Shown: positions 8,663 through 17,829 of the stretch, one piece after another
Layout of the letters: every line of letters starts with the position of its first letter
Numbering within the stretch: the stretch's first letter is position 1
From: a virus
IMG/VR virus record: IMGVR_UViG_3300042691_015010
Coordinates: 6,002-70,001 of that record
Reading direction: 5' to 3' (one strand)
DNA length: 64,000 nt
Made by a program: the position numbers and the translations under genes
The notes under the pieces: model-generated
What the model was told of the DNA's origin: nothing
Database searches by the model: none
The model's input: only the letters and a program-made list of their open reading frames with translations

Positions 8663-9592
8663 ATGCCACCTATTCTTGGATCATTTGGATTAGCTTCAAT
8701 TAATTCATATGGTTTTCTAAATCTGCGTTCTTCCGGTCCGACCATCAACATACAATATCTCATAGTTGGTGGTGGTTCGTGTGGTGGAGTTTCTGGTGGT
8801 GCTCACGTTGCTGGTGGTGGTGGCGCTGGCGGCGCAAATAGAGGTTTCGATTTCTTTTCAATAGGTGTACCCATTACTGTAAGCATAGGTGGTGGAGCAG
8901 CAGCACCTCTTTCAACAACTTCACCAGACTGGCAAGTTGTTAATGGAGGTAACTCATTCATTCAAGGTGGTGGTAAAGCAAGAATCAATGGGTATGGTGG
9001 TGGTTATGGTGGAGGATACACTGGAGGACCTACTTCTGGTAGTTCGGGTGGTTCTGGTGGTGGTGGAGGTCCGAATGATTCTGGTAGTCCATCTCTTTAC
9101 CCAACTCAAGGCAATGCTGGCGGCGCAGGACAAAATCCTGGAAGTGCTATTCAAGGCTTAGGCGGCGGTGGCGGTGGTGCCGGTGTTGCTGGTGGGCAAG
9201 GTCCTGGTGGAAATGGATACACTTGGCTTGATGGTGTTGTGTATGCTGGTGGTGGAGGTGGTGGAGCAGGATCGACTAGAAGTATTCAGCCGGGCGGCAC
9301 TGGTGGTGGAGGCAATGGGGCCATATATCCTGGAACCGGCACTGGTGCTGTTGGTGCTCCTGGTGGAACTAATACTGGTGGTGGTGGAGGTGGTGCTTCT
9401 TCTCAGCCAGGCGGTGGCCTTACTGGTGGTGGTGCTGGAGGATCTGGTGTAGTTCTTTTTGCACAACTTCTATCTCCGCCGGATGGTACGCCTAATGCTC
9501 CAGCAACAACTACAGGATCTCCGACGATAACAACAAATGCGACATATAGGTTTTACAAATTCACTGGCGCAGGAACAATAACCTTCATATAA
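8663..9592 (+). CDS. glycine-rich (polyglycine-II type) putative adhesin, one module
   Basis: YLIVGGG...GGGGAGG...YAGGGGGG...NTGGGGGG...GGSGVV module; ends YRFYKFTGAGTITF. Confidence 0.8.
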   Translation: MPPILGSFGLASINSYGFLNLRSSGPTINIQYLIVGGGSCGGVSGGAHVAGGGGAGGANRGFDFFSIGVPITVSIGGGAAAPLSTTSPDWQVVNGGNSFIQGGGKARINGYGGGYGGGYTGGPTSGSSGGSGGGGGPNDSGSPSLYPTQGNAGGAGQNPGSAIQGLGGGGGGAGVAGGQGPGGNGYTWLDGVVYAGGGGGGAGSTRSIQPGGTGGGGNGAIYPGTGTGAVGAPGGTNTGGGGGGASSQPGGGLTGGGAGGSGVVLFAQLLSPPDGTPNAPATTTGSPTITTNATYRFYKFTGAGTITFI

Positions 9593-9614
9593 AGTTATCA
9601 CCTTCTTTTATTTG

Positions 9615-9622
9615 TATAAATA
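9615..9622 (+). promoter_or_regulatory. T4-type late promoter
   Basis: exact TATAAATA upstream of RBS of gene at 9642. Confidence 0.8.
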
Positions 9623-9641
9623 AAGCAAATAGGAGATAAAA

Positions 9642-10262
9642 ATGCCTTTAACTAGAATAACTACGGGCGGTATAAGCGACTCAAATGTTACTGGGCCTAA
9701 AATTGGTACTGGTGCTATTAGTTCCAACAATTTTGCCGGTGGTGGTATTACGTCAAATGTGTTGTCACAGAATTTGACACTATCTGTTGCACGTGTATCT
9801 GAAGCATTAAACATCAATAGTACAGTAATTGGTGATAAATCAGCAAGTGGAACAAACGTAAACATTGATGTTGTAAACACTACTGTATATTATTTTTCTT
9901 CAAATACCACTGGTAACGTAACATTCAATCTTCGTGGCAATAATGTAAATACTTTTGATTCACAAGTTCAGGTCGGTAGCACTGTTTCTGTTGTTATCAC
10001 TCTTCGCCACAATACAGCAGCGGGTCGTGCTTGCACAAATGTAATGATTGATGGTGGCTTGATTACAACAACAAAAGCAAATCCAGATTCGCCAACAAGT
10101 AATTTAATTTTCTATGCAGGAAATACTGCTCCTGCATTTGATTCTTTAAGTGCATATCCCGCAACGACTTTAGAAACCAACGTGATTGGTATCAATATCT
10201 TCAAAAAGGCAGCAAACTCATATTTTGTTTTATATTCTAATACATTATTTGGGTTGACATAA
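9642..10262 (+). CDS. putative virion fibre/adaptor protein
   Basis: late promoter; MPLTRI start, VTGPKIGTGAI repeat, C-terminal beta domain VYYFSSNTTGNVTFNLRG. Confidence 0.75.
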   Translation: MPLTRITTGGISDSNVTGPKIGTGAISSNNFAGGGITSNVLSQNLTLSVARVSEALNINSTVIGDKSASGTNVNIDVVNTTVYYFSSNTTGNVTFNLRGNNVNTFDSQVQVGSTVSVVITLRHNTAAGRACTNVMIDGGLITTTKANPDSPTSNLIFYAGNTAPAFDSLSAYPATTLETNVIGINIFKKAANSYFVLYSNTLFGLT

Positions 10263-13200
10263 TGCCACTTTTAGCAACAATTGGTAATGGTTCATTTTTA
10301 TCATATGGTCTTGTAAAACGACCGACCTTATTTTACGAACAAATATTAATATTCAAAGGTTCGAGCACTTGGACTGTACCCGAGAATATCAATTCAATTG
10401 AATATCTTGTTGTCGCTGGCGGTGGTGGTGGTGGTGGATCAAGAGCCGGTAGTCACAACGCAGGTGGTGGTGGGGCAGGTGGTTTACTGACGGGTACCGC
10501 TACAGTAACATCCTGTACAACATTGTCTATTGTTGTTGGTGGTGGTGGATCTGGAACGATGGATGGTTTTGGTGCTACATCTGGTGCAGGTTCTTCAATT
10601 ACTTCTCCCTCACTCTCTTTCACGACTACAGGCGGTGGTGCTGGTGGTGGTGTAGAAAATAATCCTGCTGGTGGTGGTAATGGTGCTGCTGGTGGTTCTG
10701 GTGGAGGTGGTTCGGGGCCATTTAATACAGGAGGCACAGGAACGCCGGGTCAAGGAAATAATGGTGGTAATTTGGCCGGTGGCGGTGGTGGTGCTGGTGG
10801 CGCTGGTGGTACTCCTGCTGGTGGCATTGGTGTTTATTCTGCTATTACTGGAACCACTGTAGGTTATGCTGGTGGAGGTGGTAGTATTAATGCTGCTGCT
10901 AATGATTTTGGTGGTGGTAGAGGTGGTACAGTTGCAGTTACTACTACAAATGGAACACAATTTACTGGTGGTGGTGGAGGTGGTGCCGACTCTGGTGGCC
11001 CAACGCAAGGTGCTGCCGGTGGTTCGGGTGTTGTAGTCATAAAATATCTGACTACTAGTTTTACTGCTGGAACAGTTGTTAGAGTATTCAATGATTCAGG
11101 ATCATATGTCGTACCAACTGGAGTTAATAGAATTAACTATCTTGTTGTCGCTGGTGGCGGTGCTGGCGGATTCGGTCCATCAGGAGCAACAAATGGTGGC
11201 GGTGGCGGCGCTGGTGGCTTCGTATTATCTTATGGTGTTCCAGTTACACCTGGCGGCACATACGCAGTGACGGTTGGTGCTGGTGGTGCTGGTGGTCCTA
11301 GTGCTGGAGTTCAAGGAACTAATTCAACTTTAGTCGGACCTGGTGTATCAGTCACAGCATATGGTGGTGGTGGCGGCGCTCAAAATGGTAATGGTGGTAA
11401 TGGTGGTTCGGGTGGTGGAGCAAGCACAGGCTTTGCCGGACCTGCTTTAGTTGGTGGCTCGGGTGTATACTCCGGTAGCCCATATGTAAGTGCACCAGCA
11501 CAAGGTAATGATGGTGGAAACGGCCGTCCAGCAAGTGCTGGTGGCGGCGGTGGCGCTGGTGGTAGAGGTCGCAATAGCACAGATTTACGTGATAGATTAT
11601 TCTCTGGTGGATTTGGAGTTTGGTCAACAATATCTGGCGCTAATACTGGATACGCTGGTGGTGGCGCTGCTGGCGATTCTGGTTTTGGAGCATTCCAGTG
11701 GGGTGGTGCTAATACTTCAGCTACAGCAAACAATAATACTGGTGGTGGTGGCGGTGGTTCGGCTGGAAGTGCTGTTACCGGAAGTGGTGGTTCGGGTGTT
11801 GTCGTAATCAGTTATGATGTAGGTTCAATACTTCCATATCCAACAGTAAATCCTAATTCTGGATATCAAACATTTACTTCATCGGGTACATTTACAGTGC
11901 CAACTGGAATTACTTTACTTGATTTATTTGGTGTTGGCGGTGGCGGCGGTGGTGGTTCATCTAGAGGAAATCCAGCACCATCAGGAACGCAAGATTTTAC
12001 AGCAAGTGGAACATGGACTGTTCCTGCTGGTGTTAATTATGTAGATTATTTGGTAGTTGGTGGTGGTGGATGTGGTGGTATTTCTGGTGGTTCACACCTT
12101 GCCGGTGGTGGTGGTGCTGGAGGTGTAGTAACTGGAACAAGATTGGCTGTAACACCAGGAGCATCAATATCAGTTAGTGTTGGTGGTGGCGCTGCTGCTC
12201 CAGTTGGTACAGGATCACCTAATTGGCAAAGAGCACGAGGAACAGATTCTTCGTTTTCATTTCCAGGTACAAGTGTCACTGCATATGGCGGTGGTCATGG
12301 CGGCGGTGCTACAAGTGGTGCTGATGAGGGACAATCTGGTGGATCGGGTGGTGGTGGTGGAACAGGTCAACCCGGTGGTCCTGGCACACTGGGTCAAGGA
12401 AATAATGGTGGTTCTGGACTTAATCCACAAAGCACAGGATATGGTGGCGGTGGTGGTGGAGCTGGTGCTGCTGGATCAAATTCACCTGTCGTTGGTAAAG
12501 GCGGTGATGGTATAACTTGGAATAGTTACACTGTTGGTGGTGGTGGAGGTGGTGGTGTTTCAACTCAACCAGTCGCTCCCGGTGGATCTGGAGGTGGTGG
12601 TGCTGGTGGAAAATTCCCTGCAACTTCTGCAAGTAATGGTGGAACGAACACTGGCGGCGGTGGTGGTGGAGCATCAAGCACACCCGGAGGTGATTTGTTA
12701 GGTGGTGGTGCTGGTGGTTCCGGTCGTGTTATATTTAAGTGGACGAATGGATTAGTTTATAAAGGCGGTGGTGGAGGTGCAGGAGGATATAGAATTCAGT
12801 CTAATTTTCCAGTAACACCCGGAGCAACATTTACTGTTACTGTAGGCCCTGGCGGTGCCTCAGATACACAAGGTACATTAACTTCTGTTACCGGTCCGAG
12901 TCTTGCTTTTACTGCTGATGGTGGTGGTAAAGGCGGTAGTGGTGCTGTCGGCGGCAGTGGTGGTGCTGGTGGAGGTGGTTCTGAAACTTTTGCTGGAGGT
13001 CCTGCGTCAACTGGCGATGTAATTGGTTTTGCTGGCGGCGCTGGTTCACCAACCACTCCGGGAACCGCAGGTGGTGGTGGCGGTGGTGGAAGTGTAGGGG
13101 GAACACCTGCAACTGGTATAGGTGGAATTGGAATAACAAGCTCATTCATAGGAACAACAAATGTATATGCCGGTGGTGGTGCGGGTGGAACTCCAGCATC

Positions 13201-13402
13201 TTATCCTGCCGGTGCTGGTGGCGCTTCATATGGTGGCGGTTTACCTAGCACAACAGGCAATGGTGTATCGGGCACACCAAACACCGGTGGAGGTGGTGGT
13301 GGTGCACCATCATTCCCGGCAAGCGGTGGAACTGGTGGTTCTGGTATAATTGCATTTAGATGGTGGGCACAAGGTGGTTTTCCTGTAACACCACAAAGAT
13401 AA
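10262..13402 (+). CDS. glycine-rich putative adhesin, four modules (one nested)
   Basis: Repeated F..S..WTVP.G...YLVVAGGG...GGSG.V.I modules. Confidence 0.85.
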   Translation: MPLLATIGNGSFLSYGLVKRPTLFYEQILIFKGSSTWTVPENINSIEYLVVAGGGGGGGSRAGSHNAGGGGAGGLLTGTATVTSCTTLSIVVGGGGSGTMDGFGATSGAGSSITSPSLSFTTTGGGAGGGVENNPAGGGNGAAGGSGGGGSGPFNTGGTGTPGQGNNGGNLAGGGGGAGGAGGTPAGGIGVYSAITGTTVGYAGGGGSINAAANDFGGGRGGTVAVTTTNGTQFTGGGGGGADSGGPTQGAAGGSGVVVIKYLTTSFTAGTVVRVFNDSGSYVVPTGVNRINYLVVAGGGAGGFGPSGATNGGGGGAGGFVLSYGVPVTPGGTYAVTVGAGGAGGPSAGVQGTNSTLVGPGVSVTAYGGGGGAQNGNGGNGGSGGGASTGFAGPALVGGSGVYSGSPYVSAPAQGNDGGNGRPASAGGGGGAGGRGRNSTDLRDRLFSGGFGVWSTISGANTGYAGGGAAGDSGFGAFQWGGANTSATANNNTGGGGGGSAGSAVTGSGGSGVVVISYDVGSILPYPTVNPNSGYQTFTSSGTFTVPTGITLLDLFGVGGGGGGGSSRGNPAPSGTQDFTASGTWTVPAGVNYVDYLVVGGGGCGGISGGSHLAGGGGAGGVVTGTRLAVTPGASISVSVGGGAAAPVGTGSPNWQRARGTDSSFSFPGTSVTAYGGGHGGGATSGADEGQSGGSGGGGGTGQPGGPGTLGQGNNGGSGLNPQSTGYGGGGGGAGAAGSNSPVVGKGGDGITWNSYTVGGGGGGGVSTQPVAPGGSGGGGAGGKFPATSASNGGTNTGGGGGGASSTPGGDLLGGGAGGSGRVIFKWTNGLVYKGGGGGAGGYRIQSNFPVTPGATFTVTVGPGGASDTQGTLTSVTGPSLAFTADGGGKGGSGAVGGSGGAGGGGSETFAGGPASTGDVIGFAGGAGSPTTPGTAGGGGGGGSVGGTPATGIGGIGITSSFIGTTNVYAGGGAGGTPASYPAGAGGASYGGGLPSTTGNGVSGTPNTGGGGGGAPSFPASGGTGGSGIIAFRWWAQGGFPVTPQR

Positions 13403-13437
13403 ACATAAATGTAATAGATTTATCATAAAAACAACAC

Positions 13438-13466
13438 TTGACAAAGGTAGACTTCTCTAGTATAAT
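13438..13466 (+). promoter_or_regulatory. sigma70-type early promoter
   Basis: consensus TTGACA-N17-TATAAT. Confidence 0.9.
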
Positions 13467-13475
13467 GGTTATACT

Positions 13476-13832
13476 ATGAAAAGTCTGCCTGATGTCGGTT
13501 CAACAATTTCCGTAAATTGTCAATATTACACTGGTCCTGCCGAGTTCACTGGCGTGGTCGTCAATCCTTACCGTTGGCTCAATGACGGTGAGTTCTGTTT
13601 ACAAACTGGCAATCCAGCATTTCCGGTGTCAGTTATCAATTTGAAAAATGTTGTTGATTTGAAAATACTCAAAGGTTCAACAACAAACATCCGCAAGTTC
13701 AAAGTCGCAGGTTCAAAAGGTGAATACATTGTAACATTGTCGGGAACGCATTATTCTTGTTCCTGCATTGGTTTCAAGTACCACAGCAAATGCAAGCATA
13801 TCACATCGGTAAAGAATAAGATTACCACTTGA
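13476..13832 (+). CDS. SWIM zinc-finger protein
   Basis: GSKGEYIV...CSCIGFKYHSKCKHI (CxC-x7-CxH). Confidence 0.85.
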   Translation: MKSLPDVGSTISVNCQYYTGPAEFTGVVVNPYRWLNDGEFCLQTGNPAFPVSVINLKNVVDLKILKGSTTNIRKFKVAGSKGEYIVTLSGTHYSCSCIGFKYHSKCKHITSVKNKITT

Positions 13833-13857
13833 CAATTATTTCAACCCTTGCTATAAT
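13829..13857 (+). promoter_or_regulatory. sigma70-type early promoter
   Basis: consensus TTGACA-N17-TATAAT with extended TG. Confidence 0.9.
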
Positions 13858-13866
13858 GGTATTGTT

Positions 13867-14259
13867 ATGATGATCAGAATCTACTCAAAGTCAAAAAAGA
13901 AGAAGTTGACGAAGAAGCAATTGCAAGAACAGCAAGACTTCGTGGCTTCAATCAACAAGATTCCGCTGCCGTCTGGTGGTCGGTTCCCTGCTGCTGCGCC
14001 AAAGAAAGTAAAAGCAAAGCCTGTGTTCTCCTACACGCCTCCACGTGAGACTGTACGTGCACCATCTTTGCCAGACACACACAAGGGTGCACTGACTAAA
14101 ACTGGTATCATGAAAGACTATCACAAACTCTCATCTTCCGACCGTGAGATTGTGAATGATGTTGCATCTTGTACGGCTCCATTACACAAAGGTAATTACG
14201 TTTACGTTACCGAAGGTATGAATCCTGCAAGTCTTGGTCGGAAAAACGAGGTATTGTAA
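13867..14259 (+). CDS. basic early hypothetical protein
   Basis: Lys-rich N-terminus; C-terminal APLHKGNYVYV motif. Confidence 0.75.
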   Translation: MMIRIYSKSKKKKLTKKQLQEQQDFVASINKIPLPSGGRFPAAAPKKVKAKPVFSYTPPRETVRAPSLPDTHKGALTKTGIMKDYHKLSSSDREIVNDVASCTAPLHKGNYVYVTEGMNPASLGRKNEVL

Positions 14260-14262
14260 TGC

Positions 14263-14291
14263 TTGACAATCTTGCCAAGTCATGCTATACT
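14263..14291 (+). promoter_or_regulatory. sigma70-type early promoter
   Basis: TTGACA-N17-TATACT with extended TG. Confidence 0.85.
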
Positions 14292-14322
14292 ATTATTTCT
14301 ATTGTTATTATGGAGTTTTGTT

Positions 14323-14751
14323 ATGAGTAATAAATCTGTTGCATATTGGGCAAATCGTAAGGGTAATAAATCCGGTAAGCCCGTTCGTTGGGAACGTCTG
14401 CTGATGGTTCTTGGCAATGGTGGTGTTGTATCTCTCAAAGAAATTGCAGATACAATGCAGTACAAAGCCATGAATCGTATCAGTGCTGAGATTGTTACAC
14501 TGAAATACAACGGTGGTATCGTGAAAGCACACAAAGACGGTCGTACCGTTGTTGGTTACGAACTTGTCAACTTCAAAGAAATGGTTGACACCAAACTCAC
14601 ACCACGTGGTTTCTCTGTGACACCTATCGTCGGTCGTGATGCTGGTCTGACCAAACTTGCTGATCTTGCTGCTAAACCAGCTAAGGCTGTAAAAGCACCT
14701 AAGGTCAAAGCTCCAGTGGTTGAAGATGAGGTAACCGAAATCACTGAGTAA
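14323..14751 (+). CDS. early hypothetical protein, possible winged-helix DNA binder with Lys/Ala/Pro tail
   Basis: GGAG RBS then ATG at 14323 (the track's TTG start at 14263 is the promoter -35 box). Confidence 0.75.
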   Translation: MSNKSVAYWANRKGNKSGKPVRWERLLMVLGNGGVVSLKEIADTMQYKAMNRISAEIVTLKYNGGIVKAHKDGRTVVGYELVNFKEMVDTKLTPRGFSVTPIVGRDAGLTKLADLAAKPAKAVKAPKVKAPVVEDEVTEITE

Positions 14752-14759
14752 ATCGTTTC

Positions 14760-14803
14760 GGAGAGCGGACTGTCGGGATGACGAGGCTGCTCTCCTCTTT
14801 TTA
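14760..14803 (+). terminator. probable rho-independent terminator
   Basis: GGAGAGCGG...CTGCTCTCC stem followed by TCTTTTTT. Confidence 0.6.
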
Positions 14804-14814
14804 TAAGGTGAATT

Positions 14815-15051
14815 ATGTCTAAACTTTCAGAATGGTTTGCTGCCAAGTATCTTCAGATTGAGGCGCAAGCCATCAAGTCTATTGATACGGCAAACTTTTA
14901 TAGTGATCTATTTACAGAACGTCAAAAGTTCTATATGATAGCAACTGTCATGGCTTTGTTTGCTATGACTGGTGCATATGGTGCCGTGCAGTTTATCGGC
15001 TTTATTTACATTATGTCTAAATTGACTCCTGAGGATGAAAATGAAAACTAA
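14815..15051 (+). CDS. small membrane hypothetical protein
   Basis: AAGGTG RBS; hydrophobic C-terminal half. Confidence 0.7.
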   Translation: MSKLSEWFAAKYLQIEAQAIKSIDTANFYSDLFTERQKFYMIATVMALFAMTGAYGAVQFIGFIYIMSKLTPEDENEN

Positions 15052-15313
15052 GTTTCTTTTTCTTGTACCATTACTTGCGCTGACTGCTTGTGTATCAGCA
15101 CCAGCACACAAAGACCCTGTGCATAATCCACAAGGTCTAAACTCTGATGAACTTATCAAAACACAAATAGCAAAACTTGAAGCCATGCAACGTGAAATGG
15201 AACGTCGGGAAAACGATCTGAAGTTTCAACACATGAAAGAATTGCATTCAATGCAGTTACAACAAAAAGCACCACACACAGTAAATACCAACTGTAAGTT
15301 TTTCTGTTTCTAA
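15041..15313 (+). CDS. putative lipoprotein
   Basis: GAGGA RBS; MKTKFLFLVPLLALTA-C lipobox followed by coiled coil. Confidence 0.7.
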   Translation: MKTKFLFLVPLLALTACVSAPAHKDPVHNPQGLNSDELIKTQIAKLEAMQREMERRENDLKFQHMKELHSMQLQQKAPHTVNTNCKFFCF

Positions 15314-15894
15314 TGAATATCTTTTACCTAGACCACGATGTACGCAAGTGTGCAGAAATGCATAACGACAAACACGTGGTTAAAATGATCCTTGAATATG
15401 CTCAATTACTCTCTACTGCTCATCGGATTCTTGATGGTATTGTTGAGCCTGGTTTATCTAAAACTGGACGAAAGAAAACAATTTATCGTTTGCCTGACGA
15501 GCGTGATAGTGTATTGTATGGTGCTACTCACGTATCTCATCCATCTGCTGTTTGGGTAAGGCAGTCCGACAGAAATTATATTTGGTTGGCGAATCTTCTG
15601 ATTGCTTTGTGTGAAGAATATACCTATCGTTATGGTAAAACACATAAAATCGAACGTGACGGTTTGTGTTATGTGCTGCTGAAAAATGTTCCGAATAACA
15701 TTCCAATCAAAACTTTCACCGAACCAACGCCAGCAATGCCTGATGATGTGAAAGTTCCTAAAGCAGGACCACGTGGAATGTTACATTATGACTCTCTTGC
15801 TTCATATCGGAATTACTATATAAAGAATAAGACACATCTTGCCAAGTGGAAGAATCGATCGATTCCTATTTGGTATACTGAAAATATTACTTGA
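15313..15894 (+). CDS. pyrimidine-dimer DNA glycosylase-like (DenV/PDG-related) protein
   Basis: MNIFYLD...DKHVVKMILEYAQLLSTAHR...THVSHPSAVWVR...YRNYY. Confidence 0.75.
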   Translation: MNIFYLDHDVRKCAEMHNDKHVVKMILEYAQLLSTAHRILDGIVEPGLSKTGRKKTIYRLPDERDSVLYGATHVSHPSAVWVRQSDRNYIWLANLLIALCEEYTYRYGKTHKIERDGLCYVLLKNVPNNIPIKTFTEPTPAMPDDVKVPKAGPRGMLHYDSLASYRNYYIKNKTHLAKWKNRSIPIWYTENIT

Positions 15895-16199
15895 TGCCTA
15901 CATACGATTTTTTAAACACTGAAACCGGTGAAACATTTGAGAAACTTATAAGCCTTTCAGGCAAAGATGAATATCTCAAAGAGAATCCGCACATCCAACA
16001 AGTTCATTTAGGCGCCATGCATATTGTCAGTGGCGTATCAATTACTGGTAAAGTACCAGATGGTTTCAAAGAAGTCCTAGCAAAAGTTTCCGAGAATCAC
16101 AAACAATCCTCTGTGGCAAATCGTCACGGCAAAAAAGGAATCAAAGAAGCACAAACACAGAGGCTTGTTGATAAGCATTTAGGTAAGTTTGGGCAGTAA
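15894..16199 (+). CDS. FmdB-like regulatory protein lacking the zinc cysteines
   Basis: MPTYDFLNTETGETFE...YLKENPHI...DGFKEVLAK; TGATG coupling. Confidence 0.7.
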   Translation: MPTYDFLNTETGETFEKLISLSGKDEYLKENPHIQQVHLGAMHIVSGVSITGKVPDGFKEVLAKVSENHKQSSVANRHGKKGIKEAQTQRLVDKHLGKFGQ

Positions 16200-16232
16200 C
16201 TTTGTTATGCTAACTTTGTATCAGGAGAGAGC

Positions 16233-16406
16233 ATGTCAAAAAAATCTTTGCAGAAAAAAGTAGCATTACTGAATGAATATATTACAAAAGAACTAGAACG
16301 TGAAATACAAACTGAAATTACTCAGTTGGAAAAAGAACATGTCACTGCAAAGAACGAAAAGAAGTTTATAAGACCATATTTTAGTAGAAATCATTACTTT
16401 ACATAA
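16233..16406 (+). CDS. small hypothetical protein (57 aa, not in track)
   Basis: AGGAGA RBS; MSKKSLQKKVALLNEYITKELEREIQ...; TAATG overlap with next gene. Confidence 0.65.
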   Translation: MSKKSLQKKVALLNEYITKELEREIQTEITQLEKEHVTAKNEKKFIRPYFSRNHYFT

Positions 16407-17071
16407 TGCGAATATTTGAACACGAAAAGATACCACAACTCCAGTTCGATCTGACAGCCGAAAGCACCGATGTTGGTAGACTGTATACTACACCAGAAGG
16501 TAAAAAGTATAAGTCTATCACTACGGTGCTTTCTAATCACAACAAACAAGCTATCTACGAATGGCGTCAGGCTGTAGGTGAAGAACACGCTAATAAAGTA
16601 TCACGCCGTGCGGCAGATCGTGGCACAAAGGTGCACAAGATTTGTGAAGATTATTTGAAGAATGAAATACCAGAACTAAAGATGCAAATGATGATGCCAG
16701 ACTTGAAGGAATTATTCTTCAAGATCAAGCCTCACATTGATGAAAATATTGGTAAGATTTATGCACAAGAGCAAGCACTGTACTCCGACAAGTACCGAAT
16801 TGCTGGTCGTGTAGACTTGATTGCTGAGTGGAATGGTAGATTGTCAGTCATTGACTATAAGACATCTACAAAGCAGAAAGATGAAGAGAATATCCAGAAC
16901 TACTTTATGCAATGTACAGCATATGCACTGATGTTTGCCGAACGAACTGGCATATGGATTGATGATATTGTGGTGCTGATTGCTACAGAAGAAGGACCGG
17001 CACAGGTGTTTGAACGCCAGATCCACGATTATCGGCAACCTCTGATTGAGTATATTGATAAATATGCTTGA
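16406..17071 (+). CDS. PD-(D/E)XK exonuclease (Cas4/RecB-like, T4-like phage type)
   Basis: YKSITTVLS, RGTKVH, AGRVDLIA, IDYKTS, YFMQCTAYA. Confidence 0.9.
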   Translation: MRIFEHEKIPQLQFDLTAESTDVGRLYTTPEGKKYKSITTVLSNHNKQAIYEWRQAVGEEHANKVSRRAADRGTKVHKICEDYLKNEIPELKMQMMMPDLKELFFKIKPHIDENIGKIYAQEQALYSDKYRIAGRVDLIAEWNGRLSVIDYKTSTKQKDEENIQNYFMQCTAYALMFAERTGIWIDDIVVLIATEEGPAQVFERQIHDYRQPLIEYIDKYA

Positions 17072-17096
17072 CATATTGGAGGCATCATGCTATCAT
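17068..17096 (+). promoter_or_regulatory. possible sigma70 promoter overlapping the start of the 17087 gene
   Basis: TTGACA-N17-TATCAT with extended TG. Confidence 0.5.
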
Positions 17097-17632
17097 TCAA
17101 ACAACACGTACAATTAGATGAAGGCAATCCACTTGCTAGGCTATACAAACATGCACAAGAAGGACGCCATTATGCTGTATTATCTGCACAAAGAGGTCCC
17201 GATGAGGCAACACCAGAAGAAAATAAGAAACGCCACGAAGAACTAAAGAAGAAATTGACTGCTCAAGGTTATGCTCATAAAGAAGTAGAAGGACATTGGG
17301 AAGGCACAAAAGAGAAGTCTATCATGGTTCATGCTAAAGGAACTGGCGCAGAACATGGTAAACAATTGTATAGTGACATGAAAAAGCATGGATCAGACTA
17401 CAATCAAGATTCCATTTACTATCATGATCACAATGGCGGTAAAGTTCATGGAACAAATGAAACAGGTTGGCCGGGTAAAGGAAAAACACAACCAGTTGGA
17501 CAAATGAGATACAATAGACCAGATTCAGCATATCAAACTGAAACAAAACCTAAATCTGACAAACCTTTGAAACCCGGTAGAACAAGTAAAGGTTCAGCTA
17601 AGTTTACTACGAAATCAAAATATGGTGGATAA
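17087..17632 (+). CDS. hypothetical protein, probable internal head protein
   Basis: N-terminus MLSFKQHVQLDE resembles the T4 capsid-targeting sequence; core VLSAQR...ENKKRHEELKKKL...YNQDSI. Confidence 0.7.
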   Translation: MLSFKQHVQLDEGNPLARLYKHAQEGRHYAVLSAQRGPDEATPEENKKRHEELKKKLTAQGYAHKEVEGHWEGTKEKSIMVHAKGTGAEHGKQLYSDMKKHGSDYNQDSIYYHDHNGGKVHGTNETGWPGKGKTQPVGQMRYNRPDSAYQTETKPKSDKPLKPGRTSKGSAKFTTKSKYGG

Positions 17633-17634
17633 TT

Positions 17635-17826
17635 ATGCATGAAGTGGCAAGAAAATTAGCAGAGAAATCTGGATATAATGTGAAGTACACTGAGACACAA
17701 CATAATGGTCATATCATGAGAAATCTTTTGGATACATATGCCCGTAATGTTGCACGTGAATGTGCTGCTTTAGTTGATACGGAAGAAGATAAGCAGAAGA
17801 TACTAAATCATTTTGATATCAAATAG
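17635..17826 (+). CDS. hypothetical protein
   Basis: GGTGGA RBS; VARECAALV...ILNHF. Confidence 0.7.
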   Translation: MHEVARKLAEKSGYNVKYTETQHNGHIMRNLLDTYARNVARECAALVDTEEDKQKILNHFDIK

Positions 17827-17829
17827 AAT

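Noticed and set aside
14263-14322. Signal-peptide-like N-terminal extension of the 14263 ORF
   Set aside because: The TTG is the -35 box of a promoter; the RBS-supported start is ATG 14323.
16406-17071. Cas4 as evidence of a CRISPR-Cas system
   Set aside because: It is a stand-alone PD-(D/E)XK exonuclease typical of T4-like phages; no array or other cas genes are present.
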